Assembly (NCBI GenBank): GCA_031262105.1
Contig: JAISIH010000083.1
Location: 3,219 to 67,218, forward strand
Origin: Ruminococcus sp.
GTDB lineage: Bacteria > Bacillota > Clostridia > Oscillospirales > Ruminococcaceae
Direction of reading: 5' to 3'
Length of the DNA stretch: 64,000 nt
Part shown: positions 62,513 through 64,000 of the stretch, piece after piece
How positions within the stretch are numbered: the stretch's first letter is position 1
Layout of the letters: each line of letters opens with the position of its first letter
Program-made: the position numbers and the translations under genes
Notes under the pieces: generated by a model
Told to the model about the DNA's origin: nothing
The model's input: only the letters and a program-made list of their open reading frames with translations
The model's database searches: none

Positions 62513-62770
62513 ATGAAAGAAAGAATGCTTACGGAAACTGAACTCACGGGGATTGTCGGCGGCATTAATCCCGTGGTTTTCGGCGAAATCAGTATGTCAA
62601 GAACAGAGCTTGCGCATCTTGTTTGCGACAATTACCAAAAGCGAATGGGCGTTATGGGGGAAGGCGGCGCCCCGAACAGCTGCAAAACCTGCTCTTTGCC
62701 GAAGCCCTCGTCCGGTCAAAGCGGCATTGTTTACATCTGCGGCAACGCATTAAACCAACGTCCCGTATAA
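62513..62770 (+). CDS. Short-leader double-glycine Cys-rich peptide F2, between flgK and flgL (85 aa)
   Basis: Leader MKERMLTETELTGIVGG fits LSxxELxxIxGG. Core: CDNY...CKTC...C. AGGAG RBS. Confidence 0.7.
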   Translation: MKERMLTETELTGIVGGINPVVFGEISMSRTELAHLVCDNYQKRMGVMGEGGAPNSCKTCSLPKPSSGQSGIVYICGNALNQRPV

Positions 62771-62784
62771 AAGGAGCTTACATC

Positions 62785-64000
62785 ATGGGAATGAGAATAA
62801 CCCAGCGCATGACTAACCGTATGTATCAGCGCAACAATAACCTCACAATGACAAACCTCTCGAACGCTTACAAGAGGATTATTACGCAGGCTAAATACAC
62901 GCGCAATTCCGAAAGCCCGCTTAATTCCGAAAAGGCAATGTCGATCCGCAAGGGGCTTCGCGAGCTTGACACGTGGGACGACAATATCTCGACCGCTCAC
63001 GAGCTTTTTACGACGGCGGAATCGAGCCTTTCGCAGGTTGCCTCAAACCTCTTTACGCTAAAGGTTAAGCCGCTTCTCGTTCAGGGTTCGACAACGACCG
63101 TCGGCGACGTCGGCATGGCGGCTGTCGGGACACAGCTGCGGCAGACGGCGGAGGAAATGGTTGACGCCATGAACGCCGATTTTAACGAACGCCAGATGTT
63201 CGGCGGTTTATCACAGAACAAAACGCCGTTTACGATAGTTAACATAAGGGGTGCAAGCACCCTCACAGACGACCTTACAGCAGACGGAACAGTTTTAGCG
63301 GCGCAGAATTACGTGCAAGGTCCGGACGGCAGGATTTATCGCGAAGATGACGGCTATACGATAAGTGCGGGCAATGAACTTCTTGACCCGGACGGAAATG
63401 TTGTTATAGATTCCGCCGGATACCCGGTCGCTGCCGCGGGATGGACTTACGGCGAACTTGTAGAAGTACCCGGCGGGGTTGCACAAGGCGTATGCTACAA
63501 CGATATTTTAATGACGACTATAAAAGAGGGTGCGGACGGGTTATTCTACGGAACGCGGATTAACGACGACGGCACTCAGACCGAAGATGAACTCGTACCC
63601 GGGCAGGGGCAGGTTCTCCTTGATATAGGGCTCGGCATTGAATTCGACACGAATTTGAACGTTAACCCGAATACGGCTTTCGACACAGCTATGCACGGCT
63701 TTAAAATCCTCGGTTATGGCGTTGACCACGAAGGCTACGCGACAAACCTCATTCAGTTAACCCTCGATGCGGCGGCGGTTGCCGAGCAGGGCGACATTAA
63801 AAATGTTGAGCTGCTCTCGACATATATCGACAAAACCGATGAAGCTTCGACAAACATCAGGACGTTTATTACAGAACTCGGTGTTCGTTACACCTCCCTC
63901 GACTACTACACAACAAAAAACGAAGACTCCCGCACCGCCCTCATGGACCGACAGTTAACCGTCGAAGGCACCGACATCTACAAAGAGATTACCGACTATT
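62785..64000 (+). CDS. flgL: Flagellar hook-associated protein 3 (FlgL), partial: runs off the window end
   Basis: Not in the ORF track because it has no stop in the window. My hand translation from ATG 62785 gives MGMRITQRMTNRMYQRNNNLTMTNLSNAYKR... and later ...ELGVRYTSLDYYTTKNED. The frame stays open to position 64000. Confidence 0.85.
   Translation, partial: MGMRITQRMTNRMYQRNNNLTMTNLSNAYKRIITQAKYTRNSESPLNSEKAMSIRKGLRELDTWDDNISTAHELFTTAESSLSQVASNLFTLKVKPLLVQGSTTTVGDVGMAAVGTQLRQTAEEMVDAMNADFNERQMFGGLSQNKTPFTIVNIRGASTLTDDLTADGTVLAAQNYVQGPDGRIYREDDGYTISAGNELLDPDGNVVIDSAGYPVAAAGWTYGELVEVPGGVAQGVCYNDILMTTIKEGADGLFYGTRINDDGTQTEDELVPGQGQVLLDIGLGIEFDTNLNVNPNTAFDTAMHGFKILGYGVDHEGYATNLIQLTLDAAAVAEQGDIKNVELLSTYIDKTDEASTNIRTFITELGVRYTSLDYYTTKNEDSRTALMDRQLTVEGTDIYKEITDY

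Noticed and set aside
1-64000. rRNA, tRNA, CRISPR, IS elements with terminal inverted repeats, prophage or integrase genes
   Set aside because: Scanning by eye, I found no sequence with the hallmarks of these classes. The only transposase-like gene is the Rpn/YhgA-type nuclease, which lacks flanking inverted repeats.

Overview
This window is a chromosomal segment from a flagellated Firmicutes/Clostridia-type genome of moderate GC. It is mostly housekeeping. It holds the end of the ribosomal-protein/secY-adk-map-infA-rpoA-rplQ cluster, a purine operon, secA/dusB, citrate synthase, mreBCD-PBP2, a MetRS-like gene, a hybrid sensor kinase and a late flagellar operon (flgM-flgN-flgK-flgL). The most interesting feature is 11 tandem paralogous small genes (10846..14272, minus strand) lying inside the purine operon, between purN and the purO/purH-like genes. 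Most encode a conserved leader of about 40 aa ending in a canonical double-glycine motif (LSDEELENL/I..GG, with a Nif11-leader-like N-terminal helix), followed by a divergent core. Every core keeps a C...CxxC...C scaffold, and several end in (E/A)AW. Two more family members sit between flgK and flgL. No maturase, C39 peptidase/ABC exporter or immunity gene is visible in the window. Other accessory or unusual items:
- a visibly low-GC two-gene island right after rplQ, encoding a 797-aa protein with an ImmA/IrrE-like HExxH module
- six back-to-back perfect hairpins, including an 81-nt cloverleaf, in the citrate synthase leader
- a cytoplasmic tandem stefin/cystatin-like protein with QVVAG motifs
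- two tandem paralogous giant surface proteins with a visible duplication junction and a T14 tract
- PIN-type cassettes, one of them wedged between mreB and mreC
- an Rpn-family nuclease followed by a stand-alone copy of its C-terminal module
- a 430-bp repeat- and hairpin-dense convergent intergenic region
I found no rRNA, tRNA, CRISPR array or IS element with terminal repeats.
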